Assembly: GCF_963921235.1 (NCBI RefSeq)
Contig: NC_086097.1
Coordinates: 31,064,001-31,128,000 of the forward strand
Source: Mobula hypostoma
Lineage: Eukaryota
Length of the DNA stretch: 64,000 nucleotides
Direction of reading: 5' to 3'
Of this stretch, positions 12,608 through 25,810 are shown piece by piece; position 1 is the first letter of the stretch, and every line of letters starts with the position of its first letter. A program made the position numbers and the translations under genes. The notes beneath the pieces are model-generated. The model did not search any database. It saw nothing but the letters and a program-made list of their open reading frames with translations, and was not told where the DNA came from.

Positions 12608-13499
12608 ATTTTATTTTGCTGTCAATTTCTGATCCCGTTCCTGGCATCAATGTGGTGAGCATTTGGGCCATGATGACAGATGAGAAAAGATAATTTATCT
12701 CAACTGCTGTTTTTATTTTGTGACAAGCACAATAACAGACAGAGTGCAACAGCTCGGAGAGAACTAACTCAGTCACATACAGACAGGGGAGGTGGTTATT
12801 AAGCATCCCGGTTACAGTCAGGATGGCACACAAACACACAAATGAATAACCATGTAGCCCGAACAAAAATAGATGAACTTGAACATCTCACCATAATTCT
12901 ACTCAACACGCACACAGCGAACGCATTTCAAAACAGGAACGATAAGTAATGCTGGTCACCAGGAATGCTGGGGCGAACTGTCAACCAAGCCCCCGGAGCG
13001 CCACAATATCATTCCTTTGTAAAACACTATTCTCATAGAATTGCCAACTGCTAGGGTTGAAGCTTTTTAATAATAAGCAGCAAAACAAAATAAACTGCTC
13101 AAGAAACTCAGCTGATCAGGCAGCATCTATGGAAAGAAATGGACAGTTAATGCTTTGAGCAGAGCATTTCATCATAAAGGCGGGCACTGTGGCTTATAAA
13201 CCCCTAACACTGCAAGTAGCCAACACAGTCACGTTGGCAAGAATATTGGAGAAAATAGCCTAGGATGGGATACAGGATGAACGTCTCTCAATCTAGTTAT
13301 TTCTCCTGTTTGATTCTGTTCCACAATGGTTGGAGAAAGTCCGGTTAATCTTTATCTGGTCAGGAAGATAACAAAGAGATAACTTGGTTATATGGCTACA
13401 AAAGCAAACTACTGCAGATGCTAGAAATCTGAAATGAAAGAAAAGATTAATAGCTGAAAATACACAGCAGATCAAGAGGTTTCATAAAGTGAACGTTCA

Positions 13500-13860
13500 C
13501 AAAGCGAGGGACACCTGCATCTCTTTGGTCATGTCCACATTGAAACCCATGCTGTTGTGCTCGCACCATTCTACCAGCCACTCTATCACCTCTTTGTACA
13601 CCGCCTCATAGTACAGAGAGGTTATGTCGGCAAACGTAATAATACAGTTCAAACTGGATCTAGCAGTGCAGTCATGCATAAGCAGCTGGCTCAGGACGCG
13701 GCCCTCGGAAGTGCCGGTACTCAGCGTGATGGAGCTAGAGATTTTACTGCCAACACAGAGTGGCTGTGGTCTTTCTCTTAAGAAGTCCAAGATCCAGTTA
13801 CAGAGAGAGGTGTTGCGAACCAGTAAGGAAGTTTATCCACCAGTTTCTGAGCTAATTAGA
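13500..13860 (-). mobile_element. Rex1/Babar-like RT fragment
   Basis: DFLRERPQ...[17 protein letters not shown]...HDCTA...ITFAD. Confidence 0.8.
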
Positions 13861-14854
13861 TGAACAGCATCCTGGCGTATGAGGCACCATGTGAACAGTG
13901 TAATAGCAGAGATCAGAGAGCAGAAAATCCCAACTCTGTGACCATATTTTGCAGGCTGCCCCCAGCACATAATGTTGGTTGTTAATGCAAATGATGCTTT
14001 TCACTGTATGTTTTGATGCACATGTGATAAATAAATAAATCTGAATACTTAATGAATTTGGGCTGTCTGTGAAGGGCAAATACTACTGGGGCCAAGGTGG
14101 AATGCACTAACACCCGATACTATCTTATCTTGATATTACCTATTGCCCCTGTACCTCCTGCCCAATGGATATTCATCACTACTCTGAACTGATTCCACAA
14201 CCTACAAGCTCACTTTCAAGGACTCTTTACAACTCAGTATTTTTTCATTTGCACAATCTGTCTTCTTTTGCACATTGGTTGCTTTCCCATTTTTGTCCAT
14301 GTATAGTTATTCATCAATTCTACTTTATTTCTTTATTTTCCTGTAAATGCCTGCAAGAAATGAATCTCAATGAAGGATATAATAACATAGGTACCTTGAT
14401 AATAAATGTACTTTTACTTTGATTGTGATACTTGTTCAGGTCGAGTAGACTGCAAGCCAGTGTCGAATTGGATTTGGAATTGGTTTCAGTGAAAAGCCTG
14501 TCTTGCATACTATTCATACAGCTCAGATTATTATACCAGTTCATTGAGGTAGAACAAGGTCAAGTGATAACAATGCAGAAGTTTGAACTGCAGGCTCTTG
14601 CTCTCATCTGTGTGTGATCATACGTTTGTGAGACTGTAATTGGCATTGAACAGTATTACCATCACTGAAAGCCCAGAATCAGTGTCCTGGATGTTACCAT
14701 TGACCAGAAACTCAACAGGACCAGCCAGGGAAGACAGTATTACAGTGAATGACTCAACTCCTGATACTGTAAGGCACAGTACTTGTTTCAAACTTGGCTA
14801 AAAGTGTGGAGATTGCCACTTTTTTATCTTTGAAATAATGGTCTTAGAACCTTT

Positions 14855-15530
14855 TAGAATGTAGAACACTACAGCGCAATACAGGTTCTATGGCCGACAA
14901 TGTTGCGCTGACCTTTTTAATTTATTCTAAGATCAATCTAACCCTTCTCTACCACGTAGCCCTCCATTTTCCTCCATTCAGGTTCTTATCTAAGAATCTC
15001 TTAAATGCCCCTAATATATCTGCCTTTACCACCATCCCTGACACTCTCTGTATAAAAAGTCTACCTCTGACACCCCCCATACTTTTCTCCAAACACTTTA
15101 AAATTAATCCCCTCTTATTAGCCATTCCCCTGTGGGGTAAGAAGTCTCTGTCTATGCCTCTTATCATATCGTACAGCTGTATCAAGTCACTGCTCATCTC
15201 CCTTTGTTCCAAAGAGAAAAGTTCTATCTCGCTCAACCCATCCTCATAAGACACGTTCTCTAATACAGGCAGCATCTTGGTAAATCTCTGCGCCCTCTCT
15301 AAAGTTTCCAGATCCCTCATATAAGAACTGACCTCTAACTGGAGTTTTATAGAGCTGCAACATTACCTCACGGCTCTTGAACTCAGCCTAGCTAATGAAT
15401 GCCAACACACCACATGGCCTTCTTAACTATACCTTGTGCGGCAACTGTGAGGGATCTATGGATGTGAACCCCAAGATCTCTCTGTTCCTCCACAGTACCA
15501 TTAACCCTGTATTCTGCCTTCAAACTCAAC
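14855..15530 (-). mobile_element. CR1 LINE 3' fragment
   Basis: LERAQRFTKMLPVLENVSYEDGLSEIELFSLEQR (ORF 14949..15320). Confidence 0.85.
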
Positions 15531-16368
15531 CTTTAATAGACATTCCATTCTGCAACTGGGTGGATATCCCATTGACAAAAACAAATCAGTCCACAAGAGG
15601 TCTGATGGTTTTACAGAATGAATAGCATAAGTAGTTTAACTTACAATGCAAGGGAAAGCAGTTAGAACGAGGGCCTCCTCCAGGGTCTTGTCAATTTTAT
15701 GAGTGATAACTAAACACATGGAAATTTCAGTATATATATCAGAAAGGAAGCTGGACCTGAAAATGTTAACTATCAAAGACCTCACTTGCCCCAGACATTC
15801 TCTCATCTCCCCCCTCCCATCAGGAAGAAGATACAAAACCCTGAAAGCACGTACCACCAGGCTCAAGGACAGATTCCAGCCCGCTGTTATCAGACCCTTG
15901 AACGGACCTCCTGTACAATAAGATGGAATCTTGGCCTCACAATCTACCTCATTATGATCTTGCACTTCATCATTTGTCTGCACCGCACTTTTCTGGTAGC
16001 TTTTACACTTCATTTTCTATTGTTATTGTTTTAACTTGTTCAACCTCAGTGCACTGTGCAATGATCTAATCCGTACGAACAATATACAAGACAAAACTTT
16101 TCACTGCATCTTGGTACATGTGACAATAATAAGACAATACTCAATAACTGTTTGCCTCTCCACAGATGCTGCCTAACTTGCTGAGTAGTTCCAAACCTTG
16201 ATTTCAGACTCAGCCCCTGCAGGTTTTGATTTCTTTTCATGAAGCATTTGAAACTGCACTAGGATTTGAGGCAAAATTATGGGCAGTGGATGGAGATGCA
16301 AATGCTCCTCTCCATCTGCCCTTCCATTTGCACCCCCACCCCCGCCGTTCTTTCTCAGGAACACTCAC

Positions 16369-16450
16369 CTTTCTGCTCTTCCAGATAGTCTGCATTCTCT
16401 TTCAGCCACAGCTCCGTCTTCTGTTCCACCTCTTCCTCATTCAGTAGGTA
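16369..16450 (-). CDS. BRF1: BRF1 coding exon (82 bp): YLLNEEEVEQKTELWLKENADYLEEQK(A)
   Basis: gtgcAG|TAC...AAAG|GTgagt; matches human [26 protein letters not shown]; phase 0 to phase 1. Confidence 0.96.
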
Positions 16451-16567
16451 CTGCACAAAAAGCACAGGCCACAATCAGGCTGGAGTCTGCCTGACCACCA
16501 AACCTTCAGTGCGGCTCAGAGAAAGACACACATGGCGCTGCTCTTTGGCAGATCAATGAGAACTTGT

Positions 16568-17262
16568 CATAGAGCACTCTAACACAGAAACAGGCCCTTC
16601 AGCCTATCTAGTCTGTGCTGAGCTATTATTCTGCCTAGTCCCATCGACTTGCACCTGGACCCTAGACCTCTGTAACCCTCCCACCCATGGACTTAAACAT
16701 CTTTTAATGTTACAACTAAATCTGTATCCACCACTTCGGTTGGCAGCTCATTCCACATTTGCACCACCCTCTGGGTGAAGATGTTCTTCCTCAAGTTCCT
16801 CTTAAATATTTCACACTCCACCCTTAACCCAAGACCTCTAGTTCTAGTCTCACCTAATCTCAATGTAAAGAAAGCCAGTTTGCATTTACCCTATCTATAC
16901 CCTTCATTATTTGGTAAACCTTTATCAAATCACCCCCCATTCCCCTACACTCCAGGGAATAAAGTCCTAACCTATTCAACCTTTCCCTATAACTCAGGTC
17001 CTCAAGTTCTGGCAACATCCTTGTAAATTTTCTCTATACTCTTTCAACCTTATTGATATCTCTCCTGTAGGTAGGTGACCAGAACTGCACATATTACTCT
17101 ACTTATGGCCTCACCAATGTTTAATAGAATTCAGTATAGCATCCCAACTCCATGTATTCAGTACTCCGATTTCTGAAAGCCAAAATACCAAAAGCTCTTT
17201 ATACAGCCCTATATATTTGTGGTGTCACTTTCAAGTAACTATGGATCTGTATTCCCTGATCC
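16568..17262 (-). mobile_element. CR1 LINE 3' fragment
   Basis: Homologous to 5048-5750 (ctataactcaggtcctc...cctgtaggtaggtgaccagaactgcac). Confidence 0.85.
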
Positions 17263-17294
17263 CAGGCAGCCACAGGCATCTTGTACGGCTCCAT

Positions 17295-17420
17295 GACTGG
17301 TTAGTTGCTGCCTGTTTTGCTGCTGCTGTTTAGGGCAGCAATGAAAGTCCTCCATCTCTTCTGTCCTTGGCCATCTTCTCTACTGTGCCCCAGATATGGT
17401 TCAAGGTCCTCATTTCCATG
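17295..17420 (-). mobile_element. RTE-clade LINE extreme 3' fragment
   Basis: Minus-strand EMRTLNHIWGTVEKMAKDR...WRTFIAAL resembles the RTE C-terminal motif. Confidence 0.55.
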
Positions 17421-17584
17421 ACCAGAGCCCACTCTTAAACCTTGGCCTGGAAACTGCAGCACAGTTTATCTGTGCTAGACAATCCCATTTCAATTAAGAA
17501 AATAATCAACCTCAGAGGAAAATTGCAGTTACACAGTGACTGTGTTCATTCCCAACTTTTCATGTGCATGATGTACTAACATAA

Positions 17585-18010
17585 AGACAAGAGATTCTGA
17601 AGATGCGGGGAATCCAGAGCAGCACACAAAAAATGCTGGAGGAACTCAGCAGGTCAGGCAGAAACTCTGGAGGTGAATAAACAGTTGATGTTTCAGGCTA
17701 AGATTCTTAATCAGGACTGGAAAGAAAGGGAGTAAAAGCCAGAATAAGAAGGTAGGTGATAGGGAGGAGTACAAGCTGGCAGGTGATGGGGGAAACAAGA
17801 TGAGGGGGAAGGTGGGTGGGTGGAAGTGTGGGAATGAACTGAGATAGGTGGAAGAAGTGAAGAGCTAAAGAAGAAGAAATATGATAGAGAGAACAGTGGA
17901 CCATGGAATAAAGGGAAGAAAGAGGAAACCAAAGGGATGTGATGGGCAGGTTAGGAGAAGAGAAGGGGAACCAGAGGGGAATGAAAAGAGAGAGATCAGA
18001 GGGGGGAAGA
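17585..18010 (-). mobile_element. Penelope-like pseudo-LTR fragment
   Basis: aaatgctggaggaactcagcaggtcaggc plus purine-rich tract; hammerhead-like motif at about 17683-17719. Confidence 0.75.
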
Positions 18011-18986
18011 AATAATGCCTCCACTGATTGACTCTTATGCATGCTTAGCCTACAGAAGGTGCAAACCACTGTGCATCCTGAACTCATAGTTCAATACATT
18101 TCTACAGTACAGAATTGGATGGATGGACACTCAAGGGAGAACAATCTGCAGGCTTACAAGGAAAGGGAAGACTGATTGCTTTTCTCAGTGCCAATGTAGA
18201 CTCAGAGGGCTGAATAGCCTCTTGTGCCATTAAAAAGATATATGATTCTAAAGCATCTTTAATAGAAAGAACATCCAAAGCAAAGTTTGTCCTAATAACT
18301 CCCAGGGCAGAGATTTATGAGAATGTTGCTAGGACTAGAGGAGAGGTTACACAGGATAGGCCTTTATCCCTCGAAATGTAGAAGACTGGGAGGTGATCCC
18401 AAAGAGGTGAATAAAATCATGAGGGGCACAGACAGGGTGAATGCACTTAGTCTTTTTCTCGGGGTTTGGAGAATAAAAAATTAGAGGTTTAAAACCAGAG
18501 ATTTAAAAATCAACCTGAGGGGCAACTTCTTTGCATAGGTTTAGTGGGATACGGACTAAATGGGACTACGTTAGCCGGCATGGATCAGTTGGGTCAAATG
18601 ACCTGTGTCCGTGCTGTATTAGTCATACAGGTGAGGTACTAAGCTCAGGTCAGAGAGCGGCTGCGGGGAAAGTGTGGCCATCTCCCTAAAATGCACTATG
18701 ATCTAGCTTCCAAAGCTGAAAAGCCAACAACCTGCCCACACTACTTAGTTCCACAGTAGTTTCACCAGTAACAATAAACTATTATATAAAGTTACCTCTC
18801 CCAAAAGAGCGCCTACAAAAAGAAAAGAGAAACCATCAAATGTGATTACAGGATTGAAACCAGATTCTGAACAATTCGATGGTGCAGATGGCTAGAGAAG
18901 TGTTATTGTTTAGTCCTTTCTTTTAGTACAGCAGGTGATCTACAATCTCATATTTCCCAGTAATAATGACTGCACAATGAGCTTAC

Positions 18987-19048
18987 CCTATCGATTTCCT
19001 GGTCATCAATCCCATTCAGGTCAAGTTCACCTTTCTGAGGATCGGCTC
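18987..19048 (-). CDS. BRF1: BRF1 coding exon (62 bp): xADPQKGELDLNGIDDQEIDR, start of Brf1 homology block II
   Basis: Minus strand cctcacAG|GAGCCGAT...ATCGATAGG|GTaagc; matches vertebrate BRF1 GELDLSGIDDLEIDR; enters in phase 1 and exits in phase 0, compatible with the next exon. Confidence 0.95.
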
Positions 19049-19608
19049 CTGTGAGGAGAGAGAATAAACAACATTTTCAGTGCATAAGGTGCCCCTTATG
19101 TGCTCGGCTCTCTGGCCCGGTTCAGAAGCAATATTTACTTTTGTACTACATTGAACACACAGCAGTACAGCACAGTCCAGGCCCTTCAGCTCACGATGTT
19201 TTTCCAATATTTTAACATCCTCTAAGATCAATTTAATCCTTCCCTCCTATATAGCCCTTTATGCTTCTAATATCCATGTGCCTAATGTATCTGCCTCTAC
19301 CACCACCCCTGGCAGGGAGTTCCACATATCTGCCACTCTTTGTGTAAAAGAAAACTATTTCTGATGCTCCCCCCCATACATTCCTCCAACCAGCTTAAAA
19401 TTATCTCCCCTTCTTGTATTATCCATTCCTGCTCTGGGGAAGGTTATCTCTGGCTGTCCACTCTATCTATGCCTCTTATCATCTTGTACACATCTATCAA
19501 GTCACCTTTATGTACCATACTTAGATATGATCTCTGAATAAACCCCGGAACTTTCAAGGAGAGTCAGTAAACACTTAATCAGATAAAGGTTTAGTCAAAC
19601 AGGAGGTT

Positions 19609-21598
19609 GTTGTTGTGCAGTCGTTAAGACAATTCTGACTCTCCGTGACCTCACGGAGTCCTGCACACCAAGCCTTCTTGTTGGAAACTGCCTCTCTAAG
19701 ATCACCCAAGGTCTGAGTAATATTATCTATGCATCGTAGCTTCTGTCATCCTCGTCTTACCTTCTGTTTTACCTAACATGAGAGTCTTCTCCAAGGAATC
19801 CTGTCTTCTCATGATGTGGCCAAAATATTTGAACTTCTATCTTACTTCAGTGATTGGTAAGTTGATGGAAAAGATCCTGAGAGGCAGGATTTATGAACAT
19901 TTGAAGAGGCATAATATGAATAGGAATAGTCAGCGTGGCTTTGTCAAAGGCAGTTTGTACCTTACGAGCCTGATTGAATTTTTTGAGGTTGTGACTAAAC
20001 ACATTGATGAAAGTAGAGCAGTAGATGTAGTGTATATGGATTTCAGCAAAGCATTTGATGATACCCCATGCAAGGCTTATTGAGAAAGTAAGGAGGCATG
20101 GGATCCAAGGAGACATTGCTTTGTGGATCCAGAACTGGCTTGCCCACAAGAAGGCAAAGAGTGGTTGTAGACGGGTCATATTCTGCATGGAGGTCGGTGA
20201 CCAGTGGTGTGCCTCAGGGATCTGTTCTGGGACCTCTACTCTTTGTGATTTTTACAAATGGCCTGGATGAGGAAGTGGAGGGATGGGTTAGTAAATTTGC
20301 TGATGACACAAAGGTTGGGGGTGTTGTGGATAGTGTGGAGGGCTGTCAGAGGTTACAGTGGAACTCTGATAGGATGCAACACTGGACTGAAAAGTGGTAG
20401 ATGGAGTCCAACCCAGATAAGTGTAAGGTGGTTCATTTTGGTAGGTCAAATATGATGGCAGAATATAGTTTTAATGGTAAGACTCTTGGCAGTGTGGAGG
20501 ATCAGCGGGAGCTTGTGGTCTGAGTCCATAGGACACTCAAAGCTGCTGCACATATTGACTCTGTGGTTAAGAAGGTATATGGTGCATTGTCCTTCATCAA
20601 TCGTGGGATTGAGTTTAAGAACCAAGAGGTAATGTTGCAGATACATAGGACCCTGGTCAGATCCCACGTGGAGTAATGTGCTCAGTTCTGGTCTCCTCAC
20701 TACAGGAAGGATGTGGAAATCAGAGAACGGATGCAGAGGAGATTTACAAGGAGGTTGCCTGGATTGGAGAGCATGCCTTATGCGAACAGGTTGAGTGAAC
20801 TCGGCCTTTTCTCCTTGGAGCGACAGAGGATGAGAGGTGACCTGATAGAGGTGTACAAGATGATGAGAAGCATTGATTGTGTAGATAGTCAGAGGCTTTT
20901 TCCCAGGGCTGAGATGGCTAGCACAAGAGGGCACAGTTTTAAGGTGCTTGGAAGTAGATACAAAGGAGAGGTTAGTGGTAAGTTTTTTAACGTAGAGAGT
21001 GGTGAGTACGTGGAATGAGCTGCCAGCGATGGTGGTGGAGGTGGTTATGATAGGGTCTTTTAAGAGACTCCTGGATAGGTACATGGAGCTTAGAAAAATA
21101 GAGGGCGGGTAACCCAGGCAATTTCTAAGGTAAGGACATATTTGGCACAGCTTTGTGGGCCAAAGGGCCTGTATTATGCTGTAGGTTACCTATGTTTCAT
21201 AATCAAGCCTCCTAGTAAGCAGTAAGGCTGCATTTCTTCAACTTTCTCCAGCATCCAAGTTCAAAAGCATCAATTCTTTTGTATTCAGCCTTACTAATAG
21301 TCCAGCTCTCACAGCCATACATCAGAACCGGAAATATCATAGACTTGACTACACGGATCTTTGTAGCCAATGTTATGTCTCTGCTCTTCAGTATTTTATC
21401 TAAATTTGCCATTGCTGCCCATCCCAGAAGTAAGCGCCATTTAATTTTGTGGCTGCATTTACCATCTATAGAAATCTTTGAACCGAGGAAGACAAAATCT
21501 GTCACTGCTTCCACTTCCTTTCCATTTATTAGCACAAAGTTAATAGGGCTGATTGACATAATCTTGGCTTTCTTAACAATGAGCAACAATATTACAAG
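19609..21598 (-). mobile_element. BovB-like RTE LINE (5'-truncated), interrupted by a CR1 insertion
   Basis: FLGSKIS..G.CSH.IK.RLLLG..AM.NLDKILKSRDITLATK...YGCESWT..KAE.KRIDAFEL.CWR (21212-21589) continues across the insert as KFKYFGHIMRRQDSLEKTLMLGK; (CAA)n tail; AGGAGGTT duplicated at 19601-19608 and 21599-21606. Confidence 0.9.
19839..21193 (+). mobile_element. CR1/HER1 LINE ORF2 RT 3' ~1.35 kb, frameshifted
   Basis: LTSVIGKLMEKIL...VDVVYMDFSKAFD; SGVPQGSVLGPLLF...KFADDTK; ends ctatgtttc. Confidence 0.93.
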
Positions 21599-21629
21599 AG
21601 GAGGTTAGGAGAGGCTAAAAAGAATAAAC

Positions 21630-21860
21630 TCAAGAGATTCTGCAGATACTGGAAATCGTGAGCAACACAAGTGAAATACTAGAGGAACTCAGCAGATCAG
21701 ATAGCATCTACGGAGGGGAATAAACAGTTAGCATTTCGGGCTGAGACCCTTCATGGCGATGATAGGTCCTGATGAAGGGTCTCCACCGGGAGTGTCAACT
21801 GTTTATCCATCTCCATAGATGCTGCCTGACCTGCTGACATCCTGCAGCATTTTGTGTGCT
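21630..21860. repeat. Inverted (head-to-head) pair of Penelope pLTR ends
   Basis: gaggaactcagcagatcag...gagacccttcat / atgaagggtctc...ctgacctgctga; arms are reverse complements around a short spacer. Confidence 0.75.
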
Positions 21861-23083
21861 TTACTTACGTATTATCTCCGAACAAGCCCAGGAGCTTTTG
21901 AGGAGTGTTAGTAGGCACTGAATCAGATAAAGGCTTGGTCTAAGAGGCAGGTTAAAAGAGAAACGAGGTAATGAGATTAAGGGTGGAGTTATGAAGGCCA
22001 ATGAACCAAAAGTTCTCTTTACTTACAGAACATTAAACATCACAGCACAGTAAGGCCCTTCAGCTCACGATATTGTGCTGACCTTTTAACCTGCTCGAAG
22101 ATCAATCTAACCCTTCCCTCCTACAGAACCCCCCCGCCCAATGTATCTCTATTCCATGTGCCTATCTAAGAGTTTCTTAAATGTTTTTAATGTACCTGCC
22201 ACTACCATTACCTCTAGCAAGGTGTTTCATGCACCAACCACTCTCTGTGTAAAGAACTTACCTTTGACGCCCCCTCTATATTTTCCTCCAATCACTTTGT
22301 ATTAGTCATAATACTTCTGCTCATCGACAATGTACAATATTCTTGCCAGTTTCTAGCCAACAATCAGTGTATTCTAATTGTTCAAATATCCAAATTTAAA
22401 ATGATAAACATATTATTAGAATGAAACAGAAAGGGCTCCTCTTGTTCTGCAAGAATTCTCAGCAAGTGCACAGTGAGTCTTTCACTACTCCAATGTTTCT
22501 ATTAGATGTGACCCTGCTTTAGTGAGTGGGTTGTAATGGAGGTGAACTTGGAGCAGGTGAAATAATCCAAATTCTCCCTTTGGGTCTTCGCTCCGGGGGA
22601 CAGCACTGAGATAACACAATAATTGAACACAGCCATCAAGCAGCTGCTGGTACAATGCACCTCGCCTTGTTTTGAAACCCCATCCACAGGACTGAAACTT
22701 TTGTTTTTTGAAGAGCTGGGTGTTTTAAGTGGCCTCATTAAAGTGCAGACTGACCCTGCCTGAGGGGGATTTCCTCAGAAAGGGAGAACCAGTCCGGTTT
22801 TTTCAAACCACAGCTAGAACAGGGTTATGGTAACACTGTGCTGAAGCTGCTGGACAAGCAAACAAAGGCTTTGACTACTGATCCGATGATGTGGATATGA
22901 ACTTCATCAAGGGAGCTCAAATAATTAAATCAGTCTGGAATTAAGAGATAGTCTCAGATTGTTATAAACCACCCCCCCCCCATTGCTTCTTTTAATGTCC
23001 TACAGGGGAGGAAATTTACCATCCTCACCACTCTAGTCCATCCGTGACTCCAGACTCATTAATGCAGACAAATGACCTGAGAC

Positions 23084-23346
23084 GGCCGGCTGGTGGCGCA
23101 ACAGCATCAGCGCCAGACTCCGGAGCAAAGGCTCCAGAGTTCAAATCCCAGTCACCCCCCCCGCCCCCCGAGCACGCTTTCCATCCGTGCTGGGTTGAGC
23201 GTCGAGCTAGCCACTCGGCCTCGTAAAAAAAGGGTTGAGACAGGAACGTTCATATTGTGACCCGGTTAATCCGAAAGGAGACCAATCCTGACACCACGCG
23301 CCAGACAAGAATGGCTGACTGTCTGGTGCGACACGCTAAAACAAAA
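23084..23346 (+). mobile_element. tRNA-derived SINE (~260 bp) with TSD ACCTGAGAC
   Basis: A box tggcgcaacag, B box gagttcaaatcc, A-rich tail; TSD at 23075-23083 and 23347-23355; second copy at 62042. Confidence 0.9.
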
Positions 23347-25384
23347 ACCTGAGACAACCTATAACAAAGGTCAGAAGGGAATCACTTTAACAAACTTCTG
23401 CAGATGTTCTGTTGAAAGTCTCCTGACTGATTGTGGCATGGTCTGGTACAGCAATGCAAATGCACAGGAACATAAGAAGTTGCAGTGAGTAGTGGACCCT
23501 TCCCAATACATCACGGGCACATCCCTGCCCACTACTGGTGGTATCACAGAAGATGCTGCCTCAAGAAAGCAATGTCCATCATTAAGGACCTCCCCCCCCC
23601 CCCATCCAGGCCATGCCATTTTCTCACAGCTACCATTTGGCAGGAGGGACAGAAACATGAGCTTCCACAACACTAGGTCCAAGAACAACTCCTTCCCTCC
23701 AAATATTCTGTTCTTGAATAAATGAACTAAACCCAATCACTACAGTTTTAGCAACACTATGGCCATTTTGCACTAAAGTACACTTGATATTTTTGTTCTA
23801 ATTGTGTTTTCTTGTAAAACCATGAATAATTTAGGTTTAATTTAATGTAGGCCTGTCCTGAGGTTGGAGGACTGTTTGTGTGTATGTGTGAGGGAGGGAA
23901 GGAGGAACAAGACTTGTGTATCTGTTGCAGTTTTGTCACTTGCTGTGTTCTGTGTTGTTCTGCCAAGCACGGTGGGCATGCTGTGTTGGCGCCGGAAAGT
24001 GTGGTGACACTTGCGGGCTGTCCCCAGCATGTCCTTGGGTGTGTTGGTTGTTAACGCAAATGACACAATACACTGTATGTTTCAATGTACATGTGATAAA
24101 TAAATCTTAATCTGAAACTCCAATCTGAATTTATATTTGTCTTGTGCATGCTGATTATCTGATGCCCTGTGCCTGTGACACTGCTACAAACATTTCACTG
24201 TACCTGTGCCTGCACGGACTTATGCAGATGACAATGAACTTGACCTTGACTTTGAATTAGAAGCGTAGCAGAAATTCTACACCATCCAAGTCCAACGAAT
24301 GATGAAAAATTGCAGCTCATCGCTCAGGCTAGAAATTCGTGCTGTTTCATTTGTTCAAAATTAGAATATCGGACAGGGATGGTTTAATGGCACCCAGGGG
24401 TTCCGCACACCACTCCCCTCCGTACCTGCACCTCTGCACCAACTCAACAATTCATCTAAAGCCAACATTTGGGTGCCCCTTTTTTACCCAAAGTCTCATT
24501 CCTGTCATACCAGGAATCAGCATTACATCATTATATTAATATCCAAAGTCTACATCAAAGAAAAAATTATCTATCTATCTAGACCAACAAAAACCAATGT
24601 GCAAAAGAAGACAAATTGTGCAAATAAAAGATAATACTGAGAACATGAGTTGTAAAGACCTCAAAAGTCATGGGTTGTGGAATCAGTTCAAATTTGAGGT
24701 GAGTGAAGTTATCCATGCTGGTTCAGGCACTTGATGGTTGAAGGGTAGTAACTGTTCCTGAACCTGGTGGTGTGACCTCAGGCTCTTGTACCTTCTGCCC
24801 AATGGTGGTAGTGAGAAGAGAGATGGCCTGAATGGTTGAGGTCCTTGATGACAGATACTGCTTTCTTGTAGCAGTGCAGCTTGAAAATGTGCCCAGTGAT
24901 GGCGAGGGCTTTGCCTGTGATGGACTGGGCAGTGCCAACCACTTTCTGTAGATCCAAGGCTCATTCCAGCACCATCATGGGCTCCATCAAACATCGAACC
25001 TGACCATACTGATCCTGTGTTAGATGTAGGTTACAGAGCAAAGCAGCCCAGATAAAGGCCCTTCGGCACAATGGGTCCATGTTGACCATGGTGTCCACTC
25101 AAAATGTTCTTTCCAAAATGTCAGCATCTTACAAACATGTATTCCTGGAGCTGAACTAAACCTTACATCACAGAGACAAGACACTGGAGCTAATTTCTCA
25201 GCATCATGCAAACCTCCTTCCCTGCAGTCCCCACTCCCCTCTCCCACTCAACACTTGCTTGACTCCCATCAGCATTATCTTTTCTGATGAAGGTATAAAG
25301 TAGACATTGACTCACTTTCTCCTGAACCACCTCTTTAGCCACATGTTAAACAGCATTATCTTCCTATTTCTGGCCTGACTAGAT

Positions 25385-25810
25385 GTGGCACGGGTAACAA
25401 TCCTGAGATCACCACCCTGGAGATCCTGTCCTTTAACTAAGCACCTAACTCCATGAACTCACTTTGCTGGACCTTATCCCCCTTCCTACCTACCAATGTC
25501 ACTGGTACCAATATAGACCACACTCTGGCCACTCACCCACCCACTTAAGAATGCTATGGACTTGATCTGAGATGTCCCTGCCCTGATACCCGAGAGGCAA
25601 CATACAATCTGATGATCTTGTTCTCGTCCACAGAACATCCTTTCTGTTCTCTTAACCAATGAATTTCCTATTCACCTTGCCTCTTTTCCCCTTCTTCCCT
25701 GATGAGCCAAAGAGCCAGACTCAGTGCCAGAGACCCAACTGCTGTGGCTTTCCTCTGTTGGGTCAACCCCTCCCTCACCCCTCCAAAAGTATCCAAACAT
25801 GTTCTTGAGA
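25385..25810 (-). mobile_element. CR1 ORF1 (SGNH esterase region) remnant
   Basis: Reverse-complement homology to 50540-50880 (atcctgagatcaccaccctggag, ggtaccaat, ctgagatgtccctg). Confidence 0.65.

Noticed and set aside
20446..21084. 212-aa minus-strand ORF
   Set aside because: Antisense shadow of the CR1 RT fragment
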